The notes under the pieces: model-generated
The model's input: only the letters and a program-made list of their open reading frames with translations
Databases searched by the model: none
What the model was told of the DNA's origin: nothing
Shown: one piece after another, positions 28,691 to 39,941 of the stretch
Layout of the letters: the number at the start of each line of letters is the position of its first letter
Numbering within the stretch: position 1 is the stretch's first letter
Made by a program: the position numbers and the translations under genes
Origin: a virus
Direction: 5' to 3' (one strand)
Length of the DNA: 64,000 bases
Virus record (IMG/VR): IMGVR_UViG_3300042691_027609

Positions 28691-30034
28691 ATGGAAAATA
28701 AGAAACAGGCTATTTTAGATTTGATATCCGATTACATAAAAGAAAAGAAACAAAACAAAAAATGGAAACCAGGTGTTGATTGGATTCAATATTCAGGTCC
28801 GTATTTTAATGAAAATGAATTTGTAAATGGAGTTGATTCGCTCCTTTCAGAGTGGTTTATTTTAGGAGAAAAGGGCCGTGAATTTGAATTAAAATTTGCT
28901 CCTCTTCTTGGAAAAAAAGACGGGATCATAGTAAACTCAGGAAGTTCAGCAAATTTATTGATGGTTTCTCTACTCAAAACTAAACGCTGGGGGAAAGTTC
29001 CAGAGGGATCTAAATTCATTACTCCCGTTGTTTGTTTTCCTACAACTATAAATCCGCTAATTCAAAATGGATATAAACCAGTATTTGTTGATGTTACACT
29101 TCCTGATTTAAATCTTGATCTTGATCAAGTAGAAAAAATTTTACAAGAAGATGTTAATAAAGAAATTAAAGGATTGATATTTGCTCACGTATTAGGAAAT
29201 CCCCCAGATATGGATAGAGTCATGGATATCGTAAAAAGATATAACTTAATTTATCTCGAAGATACATGCGATGCGCTAGGTTCTACATGGGAAGGAAAAC
29301 CATTAGGATCTTTTGGAGACATTTCTACATGTTCTTTCTTTCCTGCACATCATATGACAATGGGAGAAGGAGGATTTGTTGCAGTTAATTCCCCGAAAAA
29401 AAGGATGGCATTAGCATCGCTAAGAGATTGGGGAAGAGGTTGTTATTGTAATACTGTTAAACCTGGAAATGTGTTATGCGGAACAGCCTGTGGATGTAGA
29501 TTCGATTCTTGGTTTAAGATGCAAAAAGATATTATATTCGATCATAGATATGTGTTTGAGGAGATTGGATATAATTTAAAACCTACTGAGATGCAAGCAG
29601 CAATTGGATTAGCGCAGTTAGATAAATTGGAAGAAATGCATGCAAAAAGAAAACATAATTTTAAAAGATTGTATGATATGTTTAGCGAGTATGAAAAGTA
29701 CTTCTATCTTCCGACAAAACACGAAAAATCTGACCCATCATGGTTCGGATATTTAGTAACTTTAAAAGATGGAACTCCATTTACAAAAGCAGATTTAGTA
29801 GATTATATGGAATCATGTAAAATACAAACAAGATCTTATTTTACAGGTAATGCATTATTTCATCCCGCATATGAAGATTTAGCTCAGGAATACGAAGATC
29901 CAAGAAATCAATTTCCAATTGCGACCAAAACAACTATAGACACATTTTTCCTTGGCGTATATCCAGGAATAACTGACGAACAATTAGATTATATAAAAGT
30001 ATGTTTACAAGATTTTATTAAAAAGTATGAGTAA
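28691..30034 (+). CDS. rfbH: NDP-4-keto-6-deoxyglucose 3-dehydrase (E1, DdhC/RfbH)
   Basis: NSGSSANLL, EDTCDALG, SFFPAHHMTMGEGG (His at the Lys site), RDWGRGCYC...C Fe-S motif. Confidence 0.9.
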   Translation: MENKKQAILDLISDYIKEKKQNKKWKPGVDWIQYSGPYFNENEFVNGVDSLLSEWFILGEKGREFELKFAPLLGKKDGIIVNSGSSANLLMVSLLKTKRWGKVPEGSKFITPVVCFPTTINPLIQNGYKPVFVDVTLPDLNLDLDQVEKILQEDVNKEIKGLIFAHVLGNPPDMDRVMDIVKRYNLIYLEDTCDALGSTWEGKPLGSFGDISTCSFFPAHHMTMGEGGFVAVNSPKKRMALASLRDWGRGCYCNTVKPGNVLCGTACGCRFDSWFKMQKDIIFDHRYVFEEIGYNLKPTEMQAAIGLAQLDKLEEMHAKRKHNFKRLYDMFSEYEKYFYLPTKHEKSDPSWFGYLVTLKDGTPFTKADLVDYMESCKIQTRSYFTGNALFHPAYEDLAQEYEDPRNQFPIATKTTIDTFFLGVYPGITDEQLDYIKVCLQDFIKKYE

Positions 30035-30864
30035 TGGGTTATATAACAATAAAAGCGATTACTGCATCAGCAGACTTAGGATCTCAAGTAATGCAGTATT
30101 GGTCGTTATACGCGGTAGCAAAAGAAAATAATTTACAAATAGTTTTTCCCGAATCAATGAAGAATGTGGGTTGGGGATATAAATTTCAAGAACTCATAGA
30201 TGTAGAATTGATATTAAAACCCGATGAATTTTTTAAAGATTTTATTCCACTTAAAATGGATCAAAAATTAGATGTAGATCCGAAAATGTTTAATTTAGAT
30301 CCTAGTAAAAATTATAACATAGAAGACTTATTTTTTTATTACCATTATTGGTATCCAAAATATGCTATTGATATTGATAATATGCAATGGAATAAAAATA
30401 ACTACCAAAAAGCTTTGGAAATATATGAAACGTTAAAAATTGAAAATAAAGAATTAGTATCAATACATGTACGTAGAGGAGATTATTTGTTACATGATCA
30501 TTTTTGTAAGCTAGATACAAATTATTATGAAAACGCACTTCAGGATTTTATCGAAGACATAGAAAAATATCATTTTATAATATTTTCAAATGATATAGAT
30601 TGGTGTAAAGATAGTCTAATAGAAGGAGAAATGGTCACATTTATGCCACAAGGATCAGATTACGTTGATTTAATTTTAATGAGTATGTGTGATCATAATA
30701 TAATCGCTAATAGTACATACAGTTGGTGTGCAGCATATAAAAATAAAAATGAAAATAAAAAAGTAATATGTCCCACAAACTACGTTAAATCATATAGTCC
30801 AGTATCATTTATAAACGGTAGATATTATTTAAATGCATGGAAAAATATATATAACGAAAACTAA
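30034..30864 (+). CDS. GT11 alpha-1,2-fucosyltransferase-like
   Basis: SIHVRRGDY, FSNDIDWC, IIANSTYSW. Confidence 0.88.
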   Translation: MGYITIKAITASADLGSQVMQYWSLYAVAKENNLQIVFPESMKNVGWGYKFQELIDVELILKPDEFFKDFIPLKMDQKLDVDPKMFNLDPSKNYNIEDLFFYYHYWYPKYAIDIDNMQWNKNNYQKALEIYETLKIENKELVSIHVRRGDYLLHDHFCKLDTNYYENALQDFIEDIEKYHFIIFSNDIDWCKDSLIEGEMVTFMPQGSDYVDLILMSMCDHNIIANSTYSWCAAYKNKNENKKVICPTNYVKSYSPVSFINGRYYLNAWKNIYNEN

Positions 30865-30865
30865 A

Positions 30866-31852
30866 ATGAAAACAGCATTTTTAACTGAGATGGGATTTTT
30901 TGGAAAAATACCAAATGATCATCCAAATATGAGAACAGAGTTTGCGTGGATGAATGCGCTAGACGCTGATCATTATCCTATTTCTGAATACTCGAATATA
31001 GAAGGTTATGATCATGTTTTTTTAATATTCCCAAAAGGAGAAGTTTATTTAAACGCTGTAGGTGGAAAATTAATTGACAAAATAAATCCTGTAAGACAAT
31101 TACTGCAGTCAAATTTTTACCAGATTATAAAAAATAAAAATAAAAAATTACACTTCGTTCAAGAAGGTCCTTACTGGCTATTTAACGATTACGAGATAAT
31201 TGATCAAATAAATTACTATAATCTTATAAGTGAGTGTGATTCAATATTTTGCCATAATCAACAAGATAAAAAATATTACTCAGGAATGTTTCCAGATAAG
31301 CAGGTTAATATTATACCGAGCTTAATGATAGAAACTCTTATACATAGTATAAAACCTAATAAAGAAGATTTGGCGATCATTGGAGGGAATTTTTCAAGGT
31401 GGTACGGAGGATTTGAGAGTTATAATGTTGCTCAAGAATTTAATGTACCCGTATGGGCTCAAGACTCTCACTCAAAAAGAGAACACGAAGATCAACTAGA
31501 AAATATAAATCATTTTCCGAGATTAATGTGGAATCAGTGGATGCAAGAGCTTTCAAAATTTAAATATGCAGTTCATTTAATGCCAACAGTTGCTGCTGGA
31601 ACATTTAGTCTTAATTGTGCATATTTTGGAATCCCATGTATAGGAAACATAAATGTTGATACACAAAGAATATGCCATCCTGAACTTAGTGTTGACGTAT
31701 ATGATATTGAAAATGCAAAAAAATTAGCAAAAAAACTTAAAGAAGATAAATATTTTTACAAAGAATGCAGCGTAACAGCTGAAATTGCATATAATCAACA
31801 TTACCATAAAGATATATGGCTACAGTATATCAATGAAATTATAAATTCATAG
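30866..31852 (+). CDS. Putative GT-B glycosyltransferase
   Basis: HLMPTVAAGTFSLNCAYFGIPCIG donor-binding-like segment; island context; start MKTAF. Confidence 0.6.
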   Translation: MKTAFLTEMGFFGKIPNDHPNMRTEFAWMNALDADHYPISEYSNIEGYDHVFLIFPKGEVYLNAVGGKLIDKINPVRQLLQSNFYQIIKNKNKKLHFVQEGPYWLFNDYEIIDQINYYNLISECDSIFCHNQQDKKYYSGMFPDKQVNIIPSLMIETLIHSIKPNKEDLAIIGGNFSRWYGGFESYNVAQEFNVPVWAQDSHSKREHEDQLENINHFPRLMWNQWMQELSKFKYAVHLMPTVAAGTFSLNCAYFGIPCIGNINVDTQRICHPELSVDVYDIENAKKLAKKLKEDKYFYKECSVTAEIAYNQHYHKDIWLQYINEIINS

Positions 31853-31853
31853 T

Positions 31854-32591
31854 ATGATCAAAGATTCAGAAAAAAGGGTTTTACTACTAACTGGAAGCGA
31901 TAGCAACATGCACCCAGTACTAGATCTAACAATACCATCAAAATTAAGATACGCAAGAAAATATGGTTACGATTTTATGAGTTTAAGCTCGTTTAAAAAA
32001 TATCCAGAGTATAACATTGATAATGATCATATAGGTTTAGGATTTTCTAGAACTTTATATATGTTTAAAATGTTAGAACATTATGATGTTATAATGTGGT
32101 TAGATGCAGATTCAATTATAACAAATGATTCATATTCTATAGATAAATTTTTAACAGAAGATCATACGCTATATTTTTCCTATGATTGGCCTGTTGCTTC
32201 AGATGGAAGTACAAATCACCGTGGATTTAGTGGTGGAAATTTTATATTACAACACACAAAAAATATCAGTGAAGTATTTCAAATGTTTATGTATAAATCT
32301 CAGACATATCTAAAAGATTCTGGAGCCGATCAAGCGTGTTTTAATTGGATATATAACCATACAAATATTAGATCACACATAAAAATACTTGATCACAAGT
32401 ATTTAGGAGCAGTTCCAGAATTTATAAAGACAACTGAGGTTTGGAGAAATGATAAAAATAGAGTTGGACCAAATAGTACATTTAACATCGCATCTCCTTG
32501 GAATGAAGATTGTTTTATTGCGCATTTAACAGGTTGTTCAACCGCTGATAGAATAAACATGTTAAATAATCAACTAAAAAAATATTTGTGA
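31854..32591 (+). CDS. GT-A glycosyltransferase (GT34-like)
   Basis: K..YARKYGY, MWLDADS, DQACF, FIAHLTG. Confidence 0.72.
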   Translation: MIKDSEKRVLLLTGSDSNMHPVLDLTIPSKLRYARKYGYDFMSLSSFKKYPEYNIDNDHIGLGFSRTLYMFKMLEHYDVIMWLDADSIITNDSYSIDKFLTEDHTLYFSYDWPVASDGSTNHRGFSGGNFILQHTKNISEVFQMFMYKSQTYLKDSGADQACFNWIYNHTNIRSHIKILDHKYLGAVPEFIKTTEVWRNDKNRVGPNSTFNIASPWNEDCFIAHLTGCSTADRINMLNNQLKKYL

Positions 32592-34234
32592 TAATGAAAA
32601 AAAATAAATTTAAAATAATAATAGCATCATATAATAATGAACAATGGGTAGAATATAATATTGCAAGCATAATAAATCAAACTTATGATAACTATCATGT
32701 AATATATGTAGATGATTGTTCAACAGATAGAACTAACGAATTAGTAAATTCTATGGTTGGAGACAATGATAAATTTACAATTATAAGAAATGATAAAAGA
32801 GTTGGAAAAGAAGCTATTTACAATTACATAAGATTTTTTGATTCTTTAGAAGATGAAGAGATAGTTGCACTAGCATGCGGAGATGATTGGTTAATAGATG
32901 ATAATGTTTTGGAAAATTTAAATAATTTTTATAATGAAAAAAATCCATGGATGACGTACGGAGAATTTTACGCATTTGATGGATCTGAAAATGTTACAAA
33001 AGCAAATCCTCAAAATACTCCGTATCCTGATTTCGTGCACGAATATAAATTATATAGACGAGATGTTTGGAGAGCGAGTCATATGCTAACCTTAAAAGGT
33101 TTTTTAGCTAAAGCAGTTAATCATCAAGATATAATATCAAAAATAGACAATAAATATTACTATCATGCGCCTGATCTTGCTTTAGTTTATCCGTGCTTAG
33201 AAATGTGTCCAAAAGAAAAAATAGGCGTTGTAGATTTTCCTACATACGTATGGAACAGTAGTCAAACATGTCAAGAGAGAACAAAAGAGAGAGAAAATTC
33301 AGATAATCAAAAATATGAAATAGAAATAAGAAATAAAAAACATTATAAAGAAGGAATTTCAGGAGACAAAATGCCACAAGTAAATGCTATAGGAGGAACT
33401 AGAGAAAACAATAGTATGCCAAAAACATTTTCATATGTGTATAATCAACAAGACGGAGAGTTCGACCTATCGATAATATCTGACATGGATATTATAAGAT
33501 ATGTAAAAGGCGAAATTATAATAAATAGAGGAAAAATAGTAGCAGATGTACATGAACCTCCACACATGTTAAACCAAAGAGCTGTTCATGATATTTTGAT
33601 TCAACACTATAATAAATTTGATGCAATATTAACTTTCGATGAACAATTATTAAAGTTGCCAAACGCTATTTTTAGAAACGGTGGTGGTGAAGTTTTATTA
33701 TCCAAAAATTATCCTAACCAATTTCCAAATTTTATAAATGATAGCATATTTTCTATATATCAAAAAAGCAAATTATTATCGTTTATAACATCAAATAAAA
33801 CATTTACTGATTGGCATAGATTTAGGATTGAGTGTGTAAACCACCTATCTAGATACACTAATAATTTTGATTTGTATGGAGTGGGATATAATGAAATAGA
33901 TCAAAAAATATTAGGACTTAAAGACTATCGCTTTTCTATAGCAATAGAAAATGGAAATCACAGAAATTATTTTACTGAAAAAATATTAGATTGTTTTTTA
34001 ACAGGAACTATACCTGTATATCGTGGTTGTCCAAATATTTCCGATTTTTTTGATATAAATGGGATAATTACATTTGATACGAAAGAAGAATTATTAGAAA
34101 TTGTGACCAACTTAAATGACGACGTATATGAATCAAAATTAGAGAGCGCAAAAAATAATTATGAGTTAGCAATAAAGTGGAGATGGGATAACGATATATA
34201 TTTTGAAAAGTATTTAAAAAATATAATAAAATAA
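32588..34234 (+). CDS. Fused GT2 + GT10 (alpha-1,3/4-fucosyltransferase-like) glycosyltransferase
   Basis: N-terminal YVDDCSTD, GDDWL; C-terminal YRFSIAIEN...YFTEKILDCFLTGTIPVYRG. Confidence 0.85.
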   Translation: MIMKKNKFKIIIASYNNEQWVEYNIASIINQTYDNYHVIYVDDCSTDRTNELVNSMVGDNDKFTIIRNDKRVGKEAIYNYIRFFDSLEDEEIVALACGDDWLIDDNVLENLNNFYNEKNPWMTYGEFYAFDGSENVTKANPQNTPYPDFVHEYKLYRRDVWRASHMLTLKGFLAKAVNHQDIISKIDNKYYYHAPDLALVYPCLEMCPKEKIGVVDFPTYVWNSSQTCQERTKERENSDNQKYEIEIRNKKHYKEGISGDKMPQVNAIGGTRENNSMPKTFSYVYNQQDGEFDLSIISDMDIIRYVKGEIIINRGKIVADVHEPPHMLNQRAVHDILIQHYNKFDAILTFDEQLLKLPNAIFRNGGGEVLLSKNYPNQFPNFINDSIFSIYQKSKLLSFITSNKTFTDWHRFRIECVNHLSRYTNNFDLYGVGYNEIDQKILGLKDYRFSIAIENGNHRNYFTEKILDCFLTGTIPVYRGCPNISDFFDINGIITFDTKEELLEIVTNLNDDVYESKLESAKNNYELAIKWRWDNDIYFEKYLKNIIK

Positions 34235-34236
34235 AT

Positions 34237-34887
34237 ATGACTTTAGGAGCTGCTCTATATGATGCTTTTGGAAAAACATATATTCTTAATTTGAAAAAGA
34301 GTTTAGATAGGAAATCATCTATGGAAAAAAAATGTTCTTTAATTAATTTAAATTATCAATTTTTTGAAGCATTTGATGGAGATAATTTTTTATTTCCTTT
34401 TTATACGAAAGGAGGATATATGAATCACAATCAATTAGGCGAGATAACAACATCTAGGTATTATGCAGCTCAATACGCATTAAACTATATAATTCATAGA
34501 GCAATTAACAATAATGTTAAAAGTTTTATTTTTATGAACGATGATGTTTATTTCGATAACTATCATAGTTTCACTGATCAAAATTTCCTAGATATAAAAA
34601 ACAAATTACCAGATAATTGGGATATTGTGGTCTTAGGTAATATGTTTCACGAAATTTCATATAATGGAGAAGTCGATTATCAGTTAAACACATGTCATAC
34701 AAAAGGGTGTCAAGCACTGGCAATAAATCACACAGTATATCACGATATAATACAACATTCATCACCAATAACTGATTTAGCTGGAGATCACTTGAATGAT
34801 AAATTAAGAAGCATAGGAAAAATAATATATAATATACATCCTGATATATGTCTTCAAGATAGATCTATTATTACAACAATGATTTAA
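34237..34887 (+). CDS. GT25-like glycosyltransferase
   Basis: YILNLKKSLDRK, FFEAFDG, NDD at the EDD position, WDIVVLG. Confidence 0.72.
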   Translation: MTLGAALYDAFGKTYILNLKKSLDRKSSMEKKCSLINLNYQFFEAFDGDNFLFPFYTKGGYMNHNQLGEITTSRYYAAQYALNYIIHRAINNNVKSFIFMNDDVYFDNYHSFTDQNFLDIKNKLPDNWDIVVLGNMFHEISYNGEVDYQLNTCHTKGCQALAINHTVYHDIIQHSSPITDLAGDHLNDKLRSIGKIIYNIHPDICLQDRSIITTMI

Positions 34888-34907
34888 AAATATAAAAATA
34901 AAATATA

Positions 34908-35876
34908 ATGAAAAAAATAGTGTATATAACTGGTTGTTTAGGCTTTATAGGATCATACATAACAAGAAAATGTCTAGAAATGGGATGGTATGTAAAAGGA
35001 GTCGATAAAATGACATACGCATCAAATAAAGATTTATTAAAGGAGTTTAAAAAATATGATAACTTTTCCTTTGTTCATTGCGACATAAATGACCTAACGT
35101 TTTTATATGATTGTGATTATGTTATAAACACAGCAGCAGAAACTCATGTAGGAAATTCAATAATGAGTAGTGAAGAATTTGTACACTCAAATATAAATGG
35201 GGTACATAATATTTTACAACTTATTAAGAATTATAGACAAGAAACAAATAAAACACCAGTATTTCTACATTTTAGTACAGATGAAGTATATGGAGACATA
35301 GAATCAGGCGCGCATACTGAAGATGATCTATTAAAACCTAGTAACCCATATTCAGCAACCAAAGCAGCAGCAGATATGCTTGTATTAGCTTGGGGAAGAA
35401 CCTATAATATCCCGTATATTATCGTTAGACCAACTAACAATTATGGTATTGGTCAATACGTAGAAAAATTGATACCTAAGACATGTAAATATTTACATTT
35501 GAATAGAAAAATTCCATTGCATAATAATGGTACACCTATCAGAAACTGGTTACATGCTCAAGACACTGCTGATGCGATTATAAAAATAATACAAAAAGAA
35601 GTGAAGAACGAGATTTATAATATCTCTGGAGGATTTGAACAAACAAATATAAAAACTATTGAGAAAATAGTGTTAGCATATAATAAAGATTATGTTGTGT
35701 TACACGAAAAAGATTTATTCCCATTTGTAGATTTTTCATGTGATAGAGCAGGACAAGACGTAAGATATTCTTTAGACGATTCTAAATTAAGATCTCTCGG
35801 TTGGGAACCGAAAATAAATTTTGATCAAGAAATAAAAAATATAGTAAATTATTATAAGAATAAATTTATATGGTAA
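34908..35876 (+). CDS. NDP-glucose 4,6-dehydratase (RmlB-like)
   Basis: TGCLGFIG, AAETHV, STDEVYG, PYSATKA, NNYG.GQ..EKLIP. Confidence 0.9.
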   Translation: MKKIVYITGCLGFIGSYITRKCLEMGWYVKGVDKMTYASNKDLLKEFKKYDNFSFVHCDINDLTFLYDCDYVINTAAETHVGNSIMSSEEFVHSNINGVHNILQLIKNYRQETNKTPVFLHFSTDEVYGDIESGAHTEDDLLKPSNPYSATKAAADMLVLAWGRTYNIPYIIVRPTNNYGIGQYVEKLIPKTCKYLHLNRKIPLHNNGTPIRNWLHAQDTADAIIKIIQKEVKNEIYNISGGFEQTNIKTIEKIVLAYNKDYVVLHEKDLFPFVDFSCDRAGQDVRYSLDDSKLRSLGWEPKINFDQEIKNIVNYYKNKFIW

Positions 35877-37642
35877 AAATAAGTGACTTAATAGCAGATT
35901 TTTTAGAGGAGAAGGGCATAACTACTGTTTTTGGAATAATAGGATCTGCTAATGCTCATATATTTGACTCAATAATAAATAAAGGCTACACTAAAATCGT
36001 ATATATGCATCATGAGCAATCTGTAGTATTAGCTGCAGGTGCATATTATAGAGCAAGTGGAAAAATGAGCGCTGCTATTGTTACAGCAGGTGGAGGAGCT
36101 TCAAACGCAATTACAGGGATAGTTAGTAATTGGGCTGATTCTATACCGTGTTTAATATTATCTGGACAAGAATCAACACAATACGTAAAAAATCATAAAG
36201 AGCTTAGAATGCTTGGTACCCAAGGTTTCAATTCTTATGAAGTAATTAAGCCTATATCCAAATATTCCAAATGCGTCTTAAATAAAGAAGACGTAATAGA
36301 ATATTTAGAAGAAGCATACCATGTTGCATTGGAAGGAAGACCTGGTCCAGCATGGTTGGAAATTCCTTTTGACATTCAAGCATCGAATATAGAGAAATCT
36401 GAAATTAAAAATTTCAAAATACCAGAGCCCACTAATTCAGATTCGCATATAGAATCAGTGTTGAATTTGATATTAGAAAGCGCAAGACCAGTAATATTAG
36501 CAGGACACGGCGTTAAATTAGCGAAGTGTAAAAAAGAGTTTAAACAATTAGTATCAAAATTAAAGATACCGGTATTAACATCGTGGTCAGCTATGGATCT
36601 TTTAACAGAAGATCACGAATACAATTTTGGAAGACCTGGATTATATGGTCAGCGAAGAGCAAATTTTGTAATTCAGAATTGTGATTTACTTATAGTTTTA
36701 GGAAGTCGATTGTCTTTACCACTTACTGGATATAACATTAAGAATTTTTCTCCAGAGGCAAAAATTATCATGGTGAATAATGATCAAAGAGAATTAGATA
36801 ATTTTAATCCGCATTTAAAAATTAATGATGATTGCAAAAATTTTATTAGACAATTAAATAATTGCGATATAGATTGTTATAGAAAAGATTGGTATGAAAA
36901 ATGTTTAGATTACAAGCAAAAATTTCCTACAATAGAACAGCATCATATAAAAGATAATAAAGACTACGATAATTCGTATGTTACCATAGATCAAATATCA
37001 GAATACGCAAAAGATGATGCAATTATTGTTTTTGGTCAAGGTACTCCGTTAGCAAGCGGACATCAAGCATTTAGAGTAAAAGGAACTCAAACAGTTTTTT
37101 GTTCTAATGGTCTTGGAGAAATGGGTAACGAAATGCCATCTGCGATAGGCGCGTGCTTCCCAGATCCTAATAGACAAGTTATATGCTTAATAAGCGATGG
37201 AAGTATAATGATGAATCTTCAAGAACTACAAACTATAGTTGGATATAAGACGCCAATAAAATTTATATTATTCAACAATGAAGGATATCTTTTTATAAAA
37301 CATACTCAAAAAATGTTATTTAATGGAAGATATACCGGCGTAAATGAAAATACTGGAGTATCTTTACCAAATTATGAAAAAGTATGTTACGCATTCGGAT
37401 TGAATTACACTAATAGTCGTAAATCTAACCTTAAAGATTTCCTAAATTCAGAAGGTCCCGGAATATATGAAACATATATGAATCCAGAACAAGACCTTTC
37501 GCCAAAGGTAAAAGGCATAGTTTCTGATACTGGTATTTTGGCTCCTCCATTAGAAGAGATGTCGCCTTTGTTATCTCTACAAGAAATAGAGAATAATATG
37601 ATAACAAAAGTAAATAACATTTCCTATCAAATAAAAAGATAA
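35870..37642 (+). CDS. ThDP-dependent carboligase (acetolactate synthase/YerE-like)
   Basis: HHEQS, GRPGPAWLEIPFD, SDGSIMMNLQEL...NNEGY ThDP motif; sugar-cluster context. Confidence 0.88.
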   Translation: MVKISDLIADFLEEKGITTVFGIIGSANAHIFDSIINKGYTKIVYMHHEQSVVLAAGAYYRASGKMSAAIVTAGGGASNAITGIVSNWADSIPCLILSGQESTQYVKNHKELRMLGTQGFNSYEVIKPISKYSKCVLNKEDVIEYLEEAYHVALEGRPGPAWLEIPFDIQASNIEKSEIKNFKIPEPTNSDSHIESVLNLILESARPVILAGHGVKLAKCKKEFKQLVSKLKIPVLTSWSAMDLLTEDHEYNFGRPGLYGQRRANFVIQNCDLLIVLGSRLSLPLTGYNIKNFSPEAKIIMVNNDQRELDNFNPHLKINDDCKNFIRQLNNCDIDCYRKDWYEKCLDYKQKFPTIEQHHIKDNKDYDNSYVTIDQISEYAKDDAIIVFGQGTPLASGHQAFRVKGTQTVFCSNGLGEMGNEMPSAIGACFPDPNRQVICLISDGSIMMNLQELQTIVGYKTPIKFILFNNEGYLFIKHTQKMLFNGRYTGVNENTGVSLPNYEKVCYAFGLNYTNSRKSNLKDFLNSEGPGIYETYMNPEQDLSPKVKGIVSDTGILAPPLEEMSPLLSLQEIENNMITKVNNISYQIKR

Positions 37643-37645
37643 AAA

Positions 37646-38338
37646 ATGAATTTAACGCTTCAATCTATACCGTCTACGATTATAACAGAGATATTTGCCA
37701 GCTCTGATTTAGATGGAATTGTTCTAGATACAGAACATGGATACTACAATAACGAAACGCTAGTATCATGTGTACAAATTACAACTCTTTTAAAAAAGAA
37801 GTGTTTTGTAAGATTTGCTGATTTAAACAAACAGCTAATTAGGATGTGTTTAGATGCTGGAGCTGACGGTATAATATTTTCCACTATTGAAGATCCAATT
37901 ATTGCAAAAGATATGATAGAATATTGTAAATATCCAATTCACGGAGGGAAAAGAGGATCTGCATTAGTTAGAGAGAATAAATGGGGAAGAGAAAAAATGA
38001 GCGATAAGAAACCTATATTAGTCGGGCAAATAGAAACAAAACTAGCCGTTGATAATATAGATGAATTGCTACAGTGCGGTTTCGATAATTTTGTTATTGG
38101 ACCGTATGATTTATCTTCGAGCTTAGGCTGCACAGCTGATTGGACAAATGAACTCTACATTGAGTACACAAATAAAATATATAATAAAATCCCTCTCGAA
38201 AAATTAGGCGCATTCTTGCCATCGGTTAAAGATATAAATATGTTCCACAAATCAGGAAGACAACGTCCTTCAATACTAATTTGGGGACTTGACGCAGATT
38301 TTATAATAAATGGAATAAATAATTTAAATTTAAAATAA
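37646..38338 (+). CDS. HpcH/HpaI class II aldolase
   Basis: LDTEHG, LDAGADG, YP..GKRG, QIET, IGPYDLS.SLG. Confidence 0.88.
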   Translation: MNLTLQSIPSTIITEIFASSDLDGIVLDTEHGYYNNETLVSCVQITTLLKKKCFVRFADLNKQLIRMCLDAGADGIIFSTIEDPIIAKDMIEYCKYPIHGGKRGSALVRENKWGREKMSDKKPILVGQIETKLAVDNIDELLQCGFDNFVIGPYDLSSSLGCTADWTNELYIEYTNKIYNKIPLEKLGAFLPSVKDINMFHKSGRQRPSILIWGLDADFIINGINNLNLK

Positions 38339-38341
38339 AAA

Positions 38342-38881
38342 ATGAAAAAAGCGATAATTCTAACTTGTACTGGATTCAAAGATTATGAAGCAGTATACCC
38401 ATATTATAGATTGCTAGAAGAAAATTTTGAAGTTGATGTAATAGCAGATACCGTCGGAAAAGTAGTAGGTATTTTAGGAGGATCTATTCCAAGCACTATA
38501 CCACTTACTACGCTACTATCAAAAGATATGCGTAGTAAATTTATAGAAAATTATGATATACTAATTTTACCAGGAGGAGTAACATCTTTGGAAAAATTAC
38601 GATTACAACCACAAGCGGTATCGTTTGTAAAAGAGTGGAATGATCAAAATAAAATTATAGGGAGCATCTGCTCAGGAGCTCAGATGTTAATATCAGCCAA
38701 CATAATTAACGGAAGAAGAATATCTGCTTACTATAGTATGGAACAAGATATATGGAATGCTGGGGCTAATTTTATAGATGCTCCTGCAGTAACTGATGGA
38801 AATATTATATCAAGTCCTCATTACAAGTATCTTGGAGATTGGATGAAAGAGATCTTTAGAGTTTATAACGATAAAAAATAA
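38342..38881 (+). CDS. DJ-1/PfpI family protein
   Basis: GFKDYE, LPGG, ICSG nucleophile elbow, VTDGNIISS. Confidence 0.88.
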   Translation: MKKAIILTCTGFKDYEAVYPYYRLLEENFEVDVIADTVGKVVGILGGSIPSTIPLTTLLSKDMRSKFIENYDILILPGGVTSLEKLRLQPQAVSFVKEWNDQNKIIGSICSGAQMLISANIINGRRISAYYSMEQDIWNAGANFIDAPAVTDGNIISSPHYKYLGDWMKEIFRVYNDKK

Positions 38882-38884
38882 AAA

Positions 38885-39565
38885 ATGAGTTACGACATCA
38901 ATATAGTTAAAAAGCCATGGGGATACGAATATTTAGCATATGAAAATGAAAACGTAGGTATGTGGTTTTTAAACATAAATAAGAATCAAAGCACATCTAT
39001 GCATTGTCATCCACTAAAAACCACAGGATTGATTTTATTGGATGGAATAGCAGAACTATCTTTTCTAGGAGATAAAAGAATAATAAACTCATTAGATAAA
39101 GTTATGATAAGACGAGGTCTATTTCATTCAACCAAAGCTTTGTCTGATACAGTATGTCTTCTTGAAATAGAAACGCCGAAAGATAAACACGATCTCGTAA
39201 GACTTAGCGATAAATACGGAAGACAATCTAAACCATATGAAGATCAGACGTTTGAATATCCAAAAAAAGATGATTGCTTATGGATACAAGAGCCTAAATT
39301 AGGAGAAAGCATAACATATAATTTTTCTAATTGTGAACTTTTAGTCGAAACTATTGAGGATATATCTGTCATCAATAATAAAAAAGATAATGATTTGCTT
39401 GTATTTTTGAAAGGTGGATTGATTAGAAATATAGACAATAGAGAACATCTAGTCACAATACCTGGAGATGTAGGTTTTGCTAACATTATTAAAAAAGTAT
39501 CTAATCAATTGGACGGAGTGCAACAAAATACTATAATTTTAACAATCAATAAAAACAATGAATAG
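38885..39565 (+). CDS. Cupin-domain protein (sugar isomerase-like)
   Basis: KKPWGYE, SMHCHPLK, FHS, LEIETP...DLVRLSDKYGR. Confidence 0.75.
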   Translation: MSYDINIVKKPWGYEYLAYENENVGMWFLNINKNQSTSMHCHPLKTTGLILLDGIAELSFLGDKRIINSLDKVMIRRGLFHSTKALSDTVCLLEIETPKDKHDLVRLSDKYGRQSKPYEDQTFEYPKKDDCLWIQEPKLGESITYNFSNCELLVETIEDISVINNKKDNDLLVFLKGGLIRNIDNREHLVTIPGDVGFANIIKKVSNQLDGVQQNTIILTINKNNE

Positions 39566-39941
39566 ATTCCCACCAGGATTTGAACATGACGATAATAATA
39601 TAGCGATTGATTTCGATGGAGTCATTCATAATTTTGATAAAGGATATCATGATGGCACGTGTTACGGAGATCCTATTCCAGGATCTTTAGACGCAATAAA
39701 AGAACTGTCTAAAAAATATAAGATAATCATATTTACAGCGAAAGCTAAACCGAATAGACCGCTAGTTAATGGAAAAAGTGGAACTGAATTGGTATCTGAT
39801 TGGTTAAAAAAATATGATGTGCTTGATTGCATTCACGAAATTACATCAGAAAAACCTAGAGCGATTTTGTATATAGACGACAACGGATATAGATTTGACA
39901 ATTGGAATTCTGCTATGAATTTTATAAAAGATAGAATATGA
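39558..39941 (+). CDS. Small HAD-superfamily phosphatase
   Basis: IDFDGVI, FTA, KP...YIDD. Confidence 0.85.
   Translation: MNRFPPGFEHDDNNIAIDFDGVIHNFDKGYHDGTCYGDPIPGSLDAIKELSKKYKIIIFTAKAKPNRPLVNGKSGTELVSDWLKKYDVLDCIHEITSEKPRAILYIDDNGYRFDNWNSAMNFIKDRI

Noticed and set aside
28691-30034. ColD (colitose pathway) assignment given adjacent gmd/fcl
   Set aside because: The Cys-rich Fe-S motif and length fit E1/RfbH better; not fully excluded without a phylogeny
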